In this document: positions 42,092 through 51,587 of the stretch, piece after piece
Numbering within the stretch: position 1 is the stretch's first letter
Layout: the number at the start of each line of letters is the position of its first letter
Assembly: GCA_963745025.1 (NCBI GenBank)
Contig: CAVUWD010000006.1
Span: 480,001 to 544,000 of the forward strand
Length of the DNA: 64,000 nucleotides
Direction of reading: 5' to 3'
Source: an uncultured delta proteobacterium
GTDB taxonomy: Bacteria; Desulfobacterota; Binatia; JACPRU01
Position numbers and translations under genes: made by a program
The notes under the pieces: model-generated
The model's input: only the letters and a program-made list of their open reading frames with translations
Told to the model about the DNA's origin: nothing
Databases searched by the model: none

Positions 42092-42162
42092 GCCCCGGAG
42101 TCTAGTCGCGGCAGCATGAGTAAGCCTGGCAGCACTTTTGCTACTATCGTGGACTTCTGCTG

Positions 42163-42375
42163 ATGGCGACGGCTTCGCTACCGACCTTTCTCACCGTCGA
42201 CGAGCTCGCCGCCGTGCTCCGCTGCCAGCCTGAGAAGGTCTACCGCCTCGCTGCCCGCGGCGAGCTGCCCTCCTACAAGGTCGAGGGCCGGCGGCTGTTT
42301 GCCGAGGCCGACGTCCTGCGCTGGCTTGACCGGTGCCACGTCGGGTCTAACCTCGACGCAAACGGAAGGAGGTAG
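42163..42375 (+). CDS. excisionase-like HTH_17 protein
   Basis: FLTVDELAAVLRC...VYRLAARGELPSYKVEGRRLF. Confidence 0.88.
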   Translation: MATASLPTFLTVDELAAVLRCQPEKVYRLAARGELPSYKVEGRRLFAEADVLRWLDRCHVGSNLDANGRR

Positions 42376-42381
42376 GTCGGC

Positions 42382-42585
42382 ATGGCCTCGATCCACGCGT
42401 ACCAAACGGCGAAGGGCGAGCGCCGCTACGACGTTCGTTACCGCGATCAAGGCGGCAATCAGCGCTCGCGTGTCTTCACTGTCCGCAAGGACGCCCAAGC
42501 GTTCAAGCTCGATGTGGAGCGGCGCCGGCAGGCAGGCGTGCTCTACCAGGCGACGCCGGAGCTGTTCTCGGCTGTCGCGGGGGCG
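42382..42585 (+). pseudogene. phage-type integrase N-terminal (arm-binding) fragment cut by oriIS-like copy D
   Basis: MASIHAYQTAKGERRYDVRYRDQGGNQRSRVF. Similarity ends at the copy D boundary. Confidence 0.8.
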
Positions 42586-42930
42586 GAGGATAGCTGGGAT
42601 AAGCGGCCGACTGACGTAAAGCCTCAATATCCGACGCTGCCCAAACACGAGACGCCCCGTTTCTACGGAGCGCATAAGGCACCTGTCCAGCAAAATCTTG
42701 GCGCCGGGCGGGCGAACGCCCCCCGCCCGCGTCGGGCCGCCCGGCTCACGGGCGGCCCCCCCGGGTGCGGACGCTGCCTGCGAGCCAGAGTCAAAGAATA
42801 TCCCGCCCCTCGCCTGAGCTCCGTGCCGCTCGGCCGTATCTCAATCACTCCCGAAGTCGAAGAATCCCGTCGCCCCCGGCGGCGGGCGCAGGGCGCGGAC
42901 GTTCGGCCGCGATACCGAGGAAGCCGATCG
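42586..42930 (-). mobile_element. IS91/ISCR-family remnant: transposase C-terminal stub plus oriIS-like copy D
   Basis: Minus strand reads FLGIAAERPRPAP / PPGATGFFDFGSD-stop, then GC hairpins, ending GCCGCTTATCCCAGCTATCC. Confidence 0.6.
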
Positions 42931-43056
42931 ATCCGTTGGGCGCGGCTCGCTGATCGACTGCCGAGCACCCACCGAGGACCCATCTGCTCGTCGCCGCCGA
43001 TGCAGCCTCGACGGTGCGACACTCGCGTGGGCGGAGCGGCACCTCCACGTCGAGAG

Positions 43057-43422
43057 CTACTCGGGGTCGCGATGAACGGTCGCGGGTGAGAAGGCCGGGA
43101 CGCAGACGGCGACGTATTCGGCGCCTGCGTCGGTCGGCGTGCTGTACCTGACCCACTCGCCGGCCCGCGCGTGAACGGCCTGCCCGACCGCGACGTCGAT
43201 CATCCCCTCGCGATGCGTCACCCGCAGGACGCCGGCGAGCACGATGCTGTACTCGTCGAACTCGGGCGTCTGTCCCGGTTCGGTCCACCCAGCGGGGCTC
43301 CGCATGTGGGCGATACTAACGCGGGCGTCGCCGGTGTTCACCCGGCCGACGAGCTCCTCGATGATCTTCGGCTTGTTGCCAGCAGCGGTGATGCGGGTGG
43401 GGGCGGTGATCAGTCGTGACAT
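43057..43422 (-). CDS. cupin domain protein
   Basis: AAGNKPKIIEE, SPAGWTEPGQTPEFDEY, CVPAFSP. Confidence 0.88.
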   Translation of the reverse strand: MSRLITAPTRITAAGNKPKIIEELVGRVNTGDARVSIAHMRSPAGWTEPGQTPEFDEYSIVLAGVLRVTHREGMIDVAVGQAVHARAGEWVRYSTPTDAGAEYVAVCVPAFSPATVHRDPE

Positions 43423-43599
43423 ATGGGTTCTCTCCTATGGCCCCGGACGTCCGTCTCACGCCCGTGCCGGTCGAAGACGCGGACGTTCGTTTCGGTCTCG
43501 AGTGCCTGACCGAGCGCCGAGGTAGCGAGTGCCATAGCGCCGACCGTCACCAAGATGGCCCTCATACTGTCCTCCGATCGTCCCCTGGATCGTCACGTT

Positions 43600-44720
43600 T
43601 CAGATCCCAGCCGCCCGCCGTCCGCAGGTCGCTTCGTGCACCATCCGATCCGCCATCGCTTCACCGAGCATCGTCGCGGTGAGGTGGGTGTTGACGCGCA
43701 CGATCTCCGGCATCACCGAGCAATCGACCACCCGCAAGCCATCGACGCCAAGCACACGACATGCATCGTCCACGACGGTACGCGGATCATTAGCGCGCCC
43801 CATGCGACAGGTTCCGGAAATGTGTCCGACTGAAATGGTGGCCTTGAGCAAGTGACGCTGCATGTTGCTCGCGTCGATGTCCTCGAGCGGCGTGCGGATG
43901 ATCGCGCCCCCAGCCGCGGGGCTCATGAGACGGGCGTCGGCCACGCCATCGCGCATGGAAGGCTGACGAGCGAGGGTCCTCACCCACTCGATCCCCCACG
44001 CGGTGCGCTCGATGTCAGAGGCATCGGACAACATCCGCTCGTCGATGATCGGGTCGAGCATCGGGTCACTGCTACGAAGACGTAGCTCGCCACGGGAGAA
44101 GCTCTCCATCAACACGACGCCGACGGCGACGCGTCGGTCCGTCGTGTCAAAGTGTGCCCGGTTCCATGCCATCATCAACAGATCGTTGATCCCCGCTAGT
44201 GCGAGCCCGCTCGTCAGCTGCACACAGGCGCTCGTGATGCGTCCGTCCGGCGGATGGCTTTGGACGTGGGGAGCCCGCTCGAACTCCACGAACAGCAGGG
44301 GGTGGTCGAGTAGATTCTGGCCGACCGGAAGATCGGCCTTCACAGGGATGGAGAGCGCGCGCAGATCGGCCGACGGGCCGATCCCCGAGCGCAACAGGAT
44401 CGCAGGTGAATGCACAGCCCCCGCGCAGAGGACGATCTCTCTGCCGCGGAGGTCGACCCAGCGATCGTCCACACGGACGTGCACGCCCAAGGCGCGCTGA
44501 CTATCGAACAACACGCGATCGACGTGGGCGTCGCCGACGATGCGCAGATTCGTTCGTCCGCGCGCGGGTTCGAGGTACGCGTCGTTGCTGGTGACGCGCA
44601 CGCCGTTGCGCACGTTCATGGCGTAGGGCGACACGCCACCGCCGCTTTCGGCATTGTGGTCGTCGCGCCATGCGACACCGAGCTCGAGTGCAGCCTCCGA
44701 CATCGGCACTGGTCTCGCGC
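43600..44720 (-). pseudogene. GMC (choline dehydrogenase-like) oxidoreductase lacking the N-terminal FAD-binding part
   Basis: CAGAVHSPAILLRSGIG, VGQNLLDHP, HISGTCRMG, GLRVVDCSVMP. No GxGxxG N-terminus. Confidence 0.85.
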
Positions 44721-45131
44721 GGGTTGAGCCGCGGGTTAACCTCGGCGTCCTCTTCCTCGCTGTTATGCTGCTTGATTTGGTCCTGTGAATCCTCACGGAT
44801 CGGGAGCGTGGCGCTCGCGAAACCGCGTGATCATCCGAGGATCTCGGCCTGGCCCCTGGCGTTCTGCGCGAGGATCTTCCCTTGGTCACGTGTGACGAAG
44901 GGAGATGTCTGCGGCCAGTAGTCTCCGGGCCAAGCCTGCGCCGCCGTACTAGCCGCAAGCGGCGATCCTGGCGACGACGCGCTCGCACGCCTCGAGGAGC
45001 GCTGCGGTGAACTCGCGCGGGCGATAGGCGCAGGCGGCATGATCGCCGTCGACCGGGTGAATCGTCGCTCCGCGGATCGACGCGGCCAGCTTTCGCTGAG
45101 CGGCGGCCGGTCTCGCATCCGCTGCCGCGAG

Positions 45132-45740
45132 CTACGCGAGCCCTTCTTCCTTCATTGCCTCGCGTACGTGAGGTCGAGCAGCGACCCGCTCGGAGTAAGC
45201 CTTCAGGTGCGGCCACGACGAGAGATCGATCTTCAGGTAGTTCGCCCAGAACGTCATCACGAACAGGTAGGCGTCGGCGACGCTGAACTGGCCGCCGAGC
45301 AGGAACGGACCGCTCTTCTCGAGATGCTGATCGACGAAAGCGAAGCGCTTCCCGATGGTGTCTTTCGCGATCGGCTTGTAATCTTCGGGCGTGGCCGGGT
45401 TGAACAGTGGACCGAAGCTCTTGTGCAACTCGGTCGAGATGAAGTTCAGCCACTCCTGGAGGCGAACCCGCTCGAGGGTCCCGGCCTGCGGGGCCAGTCC
45501 GGAACGCGGCGCCCGATCGGCCAGGTACTGCACGATGGCAGGACCTTCGGTCAGTAGCTCGCCATCGTCGAGCATGAGCGCCGGCACCTGGCCTTTCGGA
45601 TTGATGCCGGTGTAGTCGGCTCCGCCCTTGGTCTTCTTGCTCTTGAGGTCTACGGCTTCGAGCTCCGACGAGAGGTCCGCCTCCCGCAGGACGATGTGCG
45701 GGGACAGCGAGCAGGCGCCGGGCGAAAAATACAGCTTCAT
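45132..45740 (-). CDS. gstA: glutathione S-transferase (beta class)
   Basis: MKLYFSPGACSLSPHIVL, INPKGQVPAL, LTEGPAI. Confidence 0.93.
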   Translation of the reverse strand: MKLYFSPGACSLSPHIVLREADLSSELEAVDLKSKKTKGGADYTGINPKGQVPALMLDDGELLTEGPAIVQYLADRAPRSGLAPQAGTLERVRLQEWLNFISTELHKSFGPLFNPATPEDYKPIAKDTIGKRFAFVDQHLEKSGPFLLGGQFSVADAYLFVMTFWANYLKIDLSSWPHLKAYSERVAARPHVREAMKEEGLA

Positions 45741-45765
45741 GACCGATCCTCCTCTTCGGGTAGAT

Positions 45766-45801
45766 ACAGACCGTTCTGTGCGACGCTACAGGCCTGTCTG
45801 T
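45766..45801. promoter_or_regulatory. two TetR-type operator palindromes
   Basis: ACAGACCGTTCTGT and ACAGGCCTGTCTGT between divergent gst and tetR. Confidence 0.6.
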
Positions 45802-45829
45802 CTCAGTCAAGTGGGATCGTCACGATCCG

Positions 45830-46050
45830 ATGAAGAAAGCTGCGCCGCCCGTTCGCGAGCGGATTCTCGAATCCGCACACGAGTCGTTTTATCGAGAAGG
45901 CATTCGCGCCATCGGCGTCGACACCGTGATCGCCCGATCCGGTGTCGCGAAGATGAGCTTAGCTTCCTCTCCAAGGACGCTCGTGTGCGCCCACCTCGAC
46001 GCTTCGCCGTGCAGTACTGGAAATGGTGGAAACCGCGTCATGTCCGCCGT
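45830..46050 (+). pseudogene. TetR family regulator, disrupted
   Basis: RERILESA...FYREGIRAIGVDTVIARSGVAKMSL, then a deletion/frameshift (SKDALV). Confidence 0.8.
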
Positions 46051-46415
46051 GCTGAGCTTCCCTTACGTCGATTTTCCACAGGCCTTCGCTGCCGCCGCCT
46101 GACTTGCGCGCTCCACGCAAGTAAATCGCGGTAATGATATTACCTGCGATCTGGACCCTGGCGACTCGAGCTCTCTACCCCGCTCTAACCGCTACCTCCC
46201 GCTTGAACGGGTTCTCGCTCGAGGTGGTCGGCGAACCCAAGCACCTCGCGAACTTCGACCCGCAGAATCCGTACTTCCGCCGGCGGAGTTCGTTCGACGT
46301 CCCGAACACGCCGGCATCCTGCCGCGTCGGCGAGACCGGGCGCCTGCCCTCGCACAAGGTGCGCAAGTTGCCGTGAACGTCCGCGCTCCGCTGCGGAGTC
46401 CTGCGGCGGAGTCGC

Positions 46416-46901
46416 CTAACGCGACTTGCGCCGTGGCGCGATCGCGGCCGCCTCGGGACTTGCGACGGAGTGGATGTCGCCCGGCTGGCGCAGCATCTTG
46501 TCGACTTCGCCCAGGTGCTGCTCCTCCTCGAAGATCATCTTGCGCGCGTACTCCTCGAGCATCACCGACTCGCCCTGCACGAGGGAGAGCAGCTCGTGGT
46601 AGAGCGCGAGGCTCTTCGACTCGTGCTCGATCGACTCGCGCAGGATGTCGCCGATCTCGTGCTTGCGGGTCTCGAGCAGGGGCCCGATCGCGAGCGAGGG
46701 ATGGGCGCCGAGGTGCGTGACAAGCTCGCCCGCGGCCTGGGCGTGCTGGAGCGACGTCTGGGCCTCGCCGCGCAGCCAGGAGACGATCGGGATGCGTCCG
46801 AACCCGTACACCATGAGCGAGTAGTGCGTGTAGCGCACGACACCGGCGAGCTCCATCTCCATGATCTTGTTCAAGAGGTCGACGACCGTGGCGTCCTTCA
46901 T
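46416..46901 (-). CDS. bacterioferritin/ferritin-like protein
   Basis: ELAGVVRYTHY, E...H, EEEQHLGEV di-iron-type pattern. Confidence 0.85.
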   Translation of the reverse strand: MKDATVVDLLNKIMEMELAGVVRYTHYSLMVYGFGRIPIVSWLRGEAQTSLQHAQAAGELVTHLGAHPSLAIGPLLETRKHEIGDILRESIEHESKSLALYHELLSLVQGESVMLEEYARKMIFEEEQHLGEVDKMLRQPGDIHSVASPEAAAIAPRRKSR

Positions 46902-47022
46902 CCGAATCACCCTTTCTCTCTGCGGCCCAGAAGCATCGCACTTTCGTCGGCCTGGAGTCCACAAGCACAGCGAGCGAATGGCCCCGGTTACGTGCCGCTC
47001 TCCCGTCTCGACGACGGCGCGA

Positions 47023-47290
47023 CTAGAGTGCCCCCGCCACCACCTCTCCGTCGACGATCGTCGCTTCGACGGCCATCTCGCGGATGTCGTCCTGCGGGCA
47101 ATCGAGAAGGTCGCCGTCGAGGACGACGAGATCAGCGAGCTTTCCGGGCTCGATCGAGCCGAGCTCGTCCTCCATGAAGAGGGCATAGGCGGGGTTTCGC
47201 GTGAAGATTCGCAGCGCCTCCGCCCGGCTGATCTTCTCCCGCTCGCCGGCCCCGGCTCCCGTCAGCCCCGCCTTCCGTACGAGCGACTGC
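47023..47290 (-). pseudogene. amidohydrolase (Amidohydro_3) C-terminal fragment
   Basis: EALRIFTRNPAY...GSIEPGKLADLVVLD...TIVDGEVV. Confidence 0.8.
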
Positions 47291-47326
47291 CAGGCTCGGG
47301 TACGCGACTTGCGCGTAGCCGGAGGA

Positions 47327-47956
47327 TCACTCGGCGCCTCGCCAGGCCTCGTCGAAGAACCGCCACTCCCACTGCATCGCCCGCTGATAGCGGCCACGCT
47401 CACCGTCGGTGCCTTCGCCGTACATATCGAGGAGCGCTTCCATCCGGCGTACCAGGTCCGCGAACTCGGCCCCGGCGTACGTCTCGATCCACGGGGTGTA
47501 GGCGTGCTTCCCGCAATGCTCGTCCGCCAGCCGTCTGCCGATGAACCCGTAGAGCGCCATGCACGGCGTCATCGAGGCGATCAGCTCGCCCAGGCCCCCG
47601 GTTAGCGCGTTGGCGAGCAGGAAATCCGTGTACCCGCGCGCAGCCTCCATCGGGTCCACTTTCGCGAGATCGATGCCAAGCTCTTGGGAGACCGAGGCGT
47701 GCAGCTTCAGCTCCTCGAATACGCCCGCTTGAAGCTCGTGGAACATCCGCCGTCCAGCAGCGTCGGGAGCCCTTAGCACACCGGCCGCGAAACCTCTCGC
47801 GAACACGTCGAGAAAGAAGGCGTCCTGCGCGATGAACCGGATGTACCGCTCCCGCGAGAGCGTGCCGTCGCCCAGCCCGCGCACGAACGGATGCGCCAGG
47901 CACTCGAGCGCGATCCGCTCAGCGCCGTCCCAGAAGTCCCTGGACAGCCCCGCCAT
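47327..47956 (-). CDS. tenA: TenA (thiaminase II/aminopyrimidine aminohydrolase)
   Basis: HPFVRGLGDGTL, FIAQDAFFL, MTPCMALY, EWRFF. Downstream of thiD. Confidence 0.9.
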   Translation of the reverse strand: MAGLSRDFWDGAERIALECLAHPFVRGLGDGTLSRERYIRFIAQDAFFLDVFARGFAAGVLRAPDAAGRRMFHELQAGVFEELKLHASVSQELGIDLAKVDPMEAARGYTDFLLANALTGGLGELIASMTPCMALYGFIGRRLADEHCGKHAYTPWIETYAGAEFADLVRRMEALLDMYGEGTDGERGRYQRAMQWEWRFFDEAWRGAE

Positions 47957-47998
47957 CGCTACACGTTCCGCCGCGGCAGCACCGCCTCCATCCTGCCG

Positions 47999-48844
47999 CT
48001 ACCATTCGCTTTCCGACTCTCGCAGCGCGAACCGCCGCACCCACTCCTCGCAGTCGTCGCGCCGCAGGTAGAAGAAATGGTCCGTGGGGCCCGGCCCGTG
48101 GCCTATAGGCAGCCCGCCTCGAATAGCCTCAGTGACGTACGCCTTCGACAGCTTAACGGCCTCCAGCAGCGTCTTGCCGCGCGCCAGGTGAGTCGCGATC
48201 GCGGCCGAGTACGTGCACCCCGTGCCGTGTGTGTGCTTCGTCTCGATCCACTCGCCGTGCACCGCCTCGGCCCCGTCGCGGGTCACGAGCAGGTCGGCCG
48301 CCTTCTCCTCCAGCAGATGCCCGCCTTTGACAACGACGGCGGGTGCACCCTCGCGCAGCAGCTGCCTGCCAGCCTCCTCCGCCTCCTTCAGCGAACGCAC
48401 GCTGCGGCCCGTCAGCGCCTCGACCTCGTACACGTTCGGGGTGATCACCGTCGCCAGCGGGAACAGCCGCTCGCGCAACCCCTGCTTCGCGTCGTCCGCC
48501 AACAGCGAATAGCCGGTCGTCGACACCATCACTGGGTCGAGCACGTAGAACGGCGGTGCATACTTCCGCAGCCCTCGCTCCACGGCCTCGATGACCCGGG
48601 TGGACGCCAGCATACCCGTCTTCGCCGCCGCCACGGTCATGTCCGTGAACACCGCGTCGAACTGCGCCTCGATCATCTCGACCGAAAGCTCCTCCGTCGC
48701 CGTCACAGCCTGCGTGTTTTGCGCCGTTACCGCCGTCAGCACCGAGACCCCGAAGCCCCCGTTGGCCGAGATCGAGCGCAGGTCGGCCTGAATCCCGGCG
48801 CCGCCGCCGGAATCCGAGCCCGCTATCGTCGCAACGATTTTCAT
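47999..48844 (-). CDS. thiD: hydroxymethylpyrimidine/phosphomethylpyrimidine kinase
   Basis: TIAGSDSGGGAGIQADL, TAVTAQNT, THGTGCTYSAAI. Confidence 0.96.
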   Translation of the reverse strand: MKIVATIAGSDSGGGAGIQADLRSISANGGFGVSVLTAVTAQNTQAVTATEELSVEMIEAQFDAVFTDMTVAAAKTGMLASTRVIEAVERGLRKYAPPFYVLDPVMVSTTGYSLLADDAKQGLRERLFPLATVITPNVYEVEALTGRSVRSLKEAEEAGRQLLREGAPAVVVKGGHLLEEKAADLLVTRDGAEAVHGEWIETKHTHGTGCTYSAAIATHLARGKTLLEAVKLSKAYVTEAIRGGLPIGHGPGPTDHFFYLRRDDCEEWVRRFALRESESEW

Positions 48845-48914
48845 CGCACCTCTTCCTTCGAGCGCCGCGCCAGTGTCGGAACGAGAAAAGCCGCCCTCAG
48901 CTTAGCAAAGGCGA

Positions 48915-49012
48915 TACCCATCCCTTCGCTAGCATTGCCCAGCTCACGTGTTGAGGGGTCGCTCCGATGGGTCGGAGCCTCTCAGCCCAGCTTCTCAAGG
49001 TCCCCCTGGCAC
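48915..49012 (-). ncRNA. TPP riboswitch
   Basis: Minus strand GGGG...GGCTGAGA...GACCC...TGA.CTGG..AATGC.AGCG.AGGGA, about 70 nt upstream of thiD. Confidence 0.9.
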
Positions 49013-49249
49013 AGCGCCATTTTAGTACCAACCAGCCACAGCGTCACCAACCCTCTCCGAGGAACGCAGATTGCTGGGTGGTAGTGTGCGCCCCATGTCC
49101 CTACGCCAAGCGGCGCTATTTACCTTCTCCGTCAGTGTCCCTTCGATAGCGCGTTGCGCCACAACGGTGCGAAGCCGAGAGCCTCATTATGTAACCGCGC
49201 CCACCGGAGCAGGACAGCCTCTTCCGCAGCCGCTGCATCCACCAGCCAG

Positions 49250-49392
49250 GATTTTCTGCGACGGCGATTCCTTCGCGGCCGCGGCCAGCGGCTTCCCGCA
49301 TTCGCCGTAAAATCGTTCGCCCGGCTGATTATTGGCACCGCACGCGTCACAGGCGAGAGTCAGGCCTGAGCCGCACCCGGCACAGAATCTTG
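49250..49392 (-). pseudogene. double zinc-ribbon fragment of a cyclase-AAA gene
   Basis: RFCAGCGSGLTLACDACGANNQPGERFYGECGKPL...QKIL. Confidence 0.7.
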
Positions 49393-49485
49393 TCGACGAT
49401 AGGCGGGGGGCGACAATAGATCCATGAGCGGCGCTTCTTTGCTGCCGAGCCGCACGCGTGGTCCCGCCGCTGAAAACGCGCACGC

Positions 49486-51039
49486 TCACCGCAGCCGTTG
49501 CGCTGGCTGGCCGATCGCCATCAGGAACATCACGCTCTTGCCCGCAGCGTGCGGCGAGAAGAACTCCGTCACGTCGTCATCGAAAAAGGTCAGGCCGGTG
49601 GCGCCGATACCGAGCGCAAACGCGGCGAGGTACGTCCTGCCGCCGCGAATCGCCGCTTCAAGTTGCGCGGCACGATAGCCGCGGTTGCCGAAACGTTCGA
49701 GCGGCGGATGCAAGTCGACGAGCCAGTAAAGGTTCACTGCCGCGTCGGCAGCGAGATCCTGTCCGAGATCGAGATGGCCAGCCTCGCGGCGGAACTCACC
49801 GCCACGCAGCAACGCAAGTGCATCGCGCGCGCGATCGAACAGGTACGCACCTGGCGCCAGGGTGTCGACGGCGTTGACAATGAGATACAAATCAGTTGCG
49901 CTCGCATCGCGTGCAAGAACGTCTGCCGACAGATCGCGGCTCACGTATCGCAGGATGGTCGACAACACATCGAAGCCGATTGGTTCGTGGGTAAACTGTC
50001 TGGTTGAGCCACGCCGCAGAATCACCGACTCGATCGTCTCGTCGTGGCTGATGTCGGGAGCGAGCGGAACGATCTCGCCCGTCGTCGGAGAGGCACCGTG
50101 CTGCGGCAGCAGCAGCCCGCGCCAAGCGGCGGCCTCCGCGCCCGAGCCGAGCGAGGAAGCGGCGTGTGCCGCGCGGATCGCGGGGTAGTCCACCTCGCGG
50201 CTCGACAGCGGCAAGGTCTCCAGAGCAAGTGGGACGATTGCTGGCGCTGGGGCTGGCGGCGAGGGTTCGGCTCCGACTGCCACGAGGCTCAGTGTGACTT
50301 CGCGCGCCGAGTCGAGGGCGAGGAGTTGATTCAACTGATCGTCGGCGAAGCCCAATACCACATGGGCCGGCAAGTCCATTGCGGCGGCGACGGCGAGGAG
50401 ATTCGCCAGCAATGTGCCGTTATCCCAGAAGCAGTGGCGGTACGTGCGCGCCTGATACTTCCACGCGTTACGCCAGAAGGTGCTGGTGCAAGCGATCACC
50501 GCCGGCACGCTCGCCACAACGGTTTCACCACCTGTCGCCGCAACCACGGCGGCGCGATAATCGCCCGCTCGCAATTGTCGCAACGCGAAGTCGTGCGGGC
50601 TAAAGTGGTACACCCCGGCGGCCAACCCAGGCAGCGCACCGCAAATCAGGTAGAGATCGATGTGATGGAGATTGCCGGTACATGCCTGCGCGCGGAAGTA
50701 CACGTCGCTGCCGGGATGGCTGCGCCGGCGGAGCACACCGGCGGTGAAATACAAGAGGTGCCCGAGTCGCGCGAGATCGAGTCCCGCCCCGGCGCCCGCG
50801 ATTGTACCAGCATCGGCGATGGCGTGGATCGCGGGGCGTTCAAAGCTGGCAAAGTCGCGCGCCAGCGGGATAGGTTCCAGCGTCGGATACACCTTGAACG
50901 GGAGCGGCATGATCTCCCAATCCAAGCCGTGCGGCGAGCGACGCAGGCTGGCAATCGAATGCTTGGTCCCGTCGTGATACGCCCACATGGCCGCGTGATC
51001 GCGGTTGGTCATTGCCGGCAGCATAAACCGATTCGACAA
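49486..51039 (-). CDS. SagB/ThcOx family dehydrogenase (tandem nitroreductase domains)
   Basis: YHDGTKHS, RAQACTGNLH, RNAWKYQARTYRH, GATGLTFFDDDV. The start may be MTNRD at about 51012. Confidence 0.9.
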   Translation of the reverse strand: MSNRFMLPAMTNRDHAAMWAYHDGTKHSIASLRRSPHGLDWEIMPLPFKVYPTLEPIPLARDFASFERPAIHAIADAGTIAGAGAGLDLARLGHLLYFTAGVLRRRSHPGSDVYFRAQACTGNLHHIDLYLICGALPGLAAGVYHFSPHDFALRQLRAGDYRAAVVAATGGETVVASVPAVIACTSTFWRNAWKYQARTYRHCFWDNGTLLANLLAVAAAMDLPAHVVLGFADDQLNQLLALDSAREVTLSLVAVGAEPSPPAPAPAIVPLALETLPLSSREVDYPAIRAAHAASSLGSGAEAAAWRGLLLPQHGASPTTGEIVPLAPDISHDETIESVILRRGSTRQFTHEPIGFDVLSTILRYVSRDLSADVLARDASATDLYLIVNAVDTLAPGAYLFDRARDALALLRGGEFRREAGHLDLGQDLAADAAVNLYWLVDLHPPLERFGNRGYRAAQLEAAIRGGRTYLAAFALGIGATGLTFFDDDVTEFFSPHAAGKSVMFLMAIGQPAQRLR

Positions 51040-51318
51040 CGCGGGACAGGCGGCGACGTGAGGTCGCTAGATCTCGGGCCTCGCTTCCACGGGGAGCTTA
51101 CGGATCTCTTCGGTCAACCGCTCCGCCTCGCCGATCGTGTCGATGTACTCCTGAAACGCAGCGAGTGATGCGAGAGGCAGGCCGTCGGGGCCGGGCCGAA
51201 ACGAGAAGAACTCGGATATTCGCTTCCCTCCTCCGGGCACTATAGGCTGTGGCGATGATCGACTCGCCGCCTGCCCGGCCCCGAGCTGGGTTCGACTATC
51301 CGCGGAACCTCGTTGAGT

Positions 51319-51570
51319 TCAGTGAGTTCTTCCCCGACGCACTTCCCCGGTGCGGATGTCGAATGTCGCGCCGTGGTACGGACAGGTGACCTTGTGGCCT
51401 GACACTTCTCCCTCAGCGAGTGGGCCACCGCGGTGCGTGCAGGTGTTGTCGACCGCGAAGAACTTCCCGTCGACGTTGAAGAGGGCGATCTGCTTGCCCT
51501 TCGCCTCAACCAGTCGGCCCTGACCGGGCTCGAGCTCGTTTGTCTTCGCTACTCTCACAAAGTCAGCCAT
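51319..51570 (-). pseudogene. Rieske [2Fe-2S] ferredoxin, C-terminally truncated
   Basis: CTHRGGPL and CPYHGATFDIRTGEV. The usual GPP...L..Y tail is missing. Confidence 0.8.
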
Positions 51571-51587
51571 GGATCCTTTTCTCCCAT

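Noticed and set aside
42382-43089. 235-aa ORF as an intact gene; repeated peptide EDSWDKRPTDVKPQYPTLPKHETPRFYG as a protein domain
   Set aside because: The peptide is read-through of the repeated DNA element, and indels among copies A-D do not preserve the frame.
43600-45810. 736-aa ORF as a novel fusion protein
   Set aside because: The N-terminal half is an alternative frame over gst and fragments. Only the GMC portion is protein-like.
49486-51039. SagB gene as part of a RiPP (TOMM) cluster
   Set aside because: No YcaO, precursor peptide or transporter is nearby, and stand-alone SagB-like genes are common.
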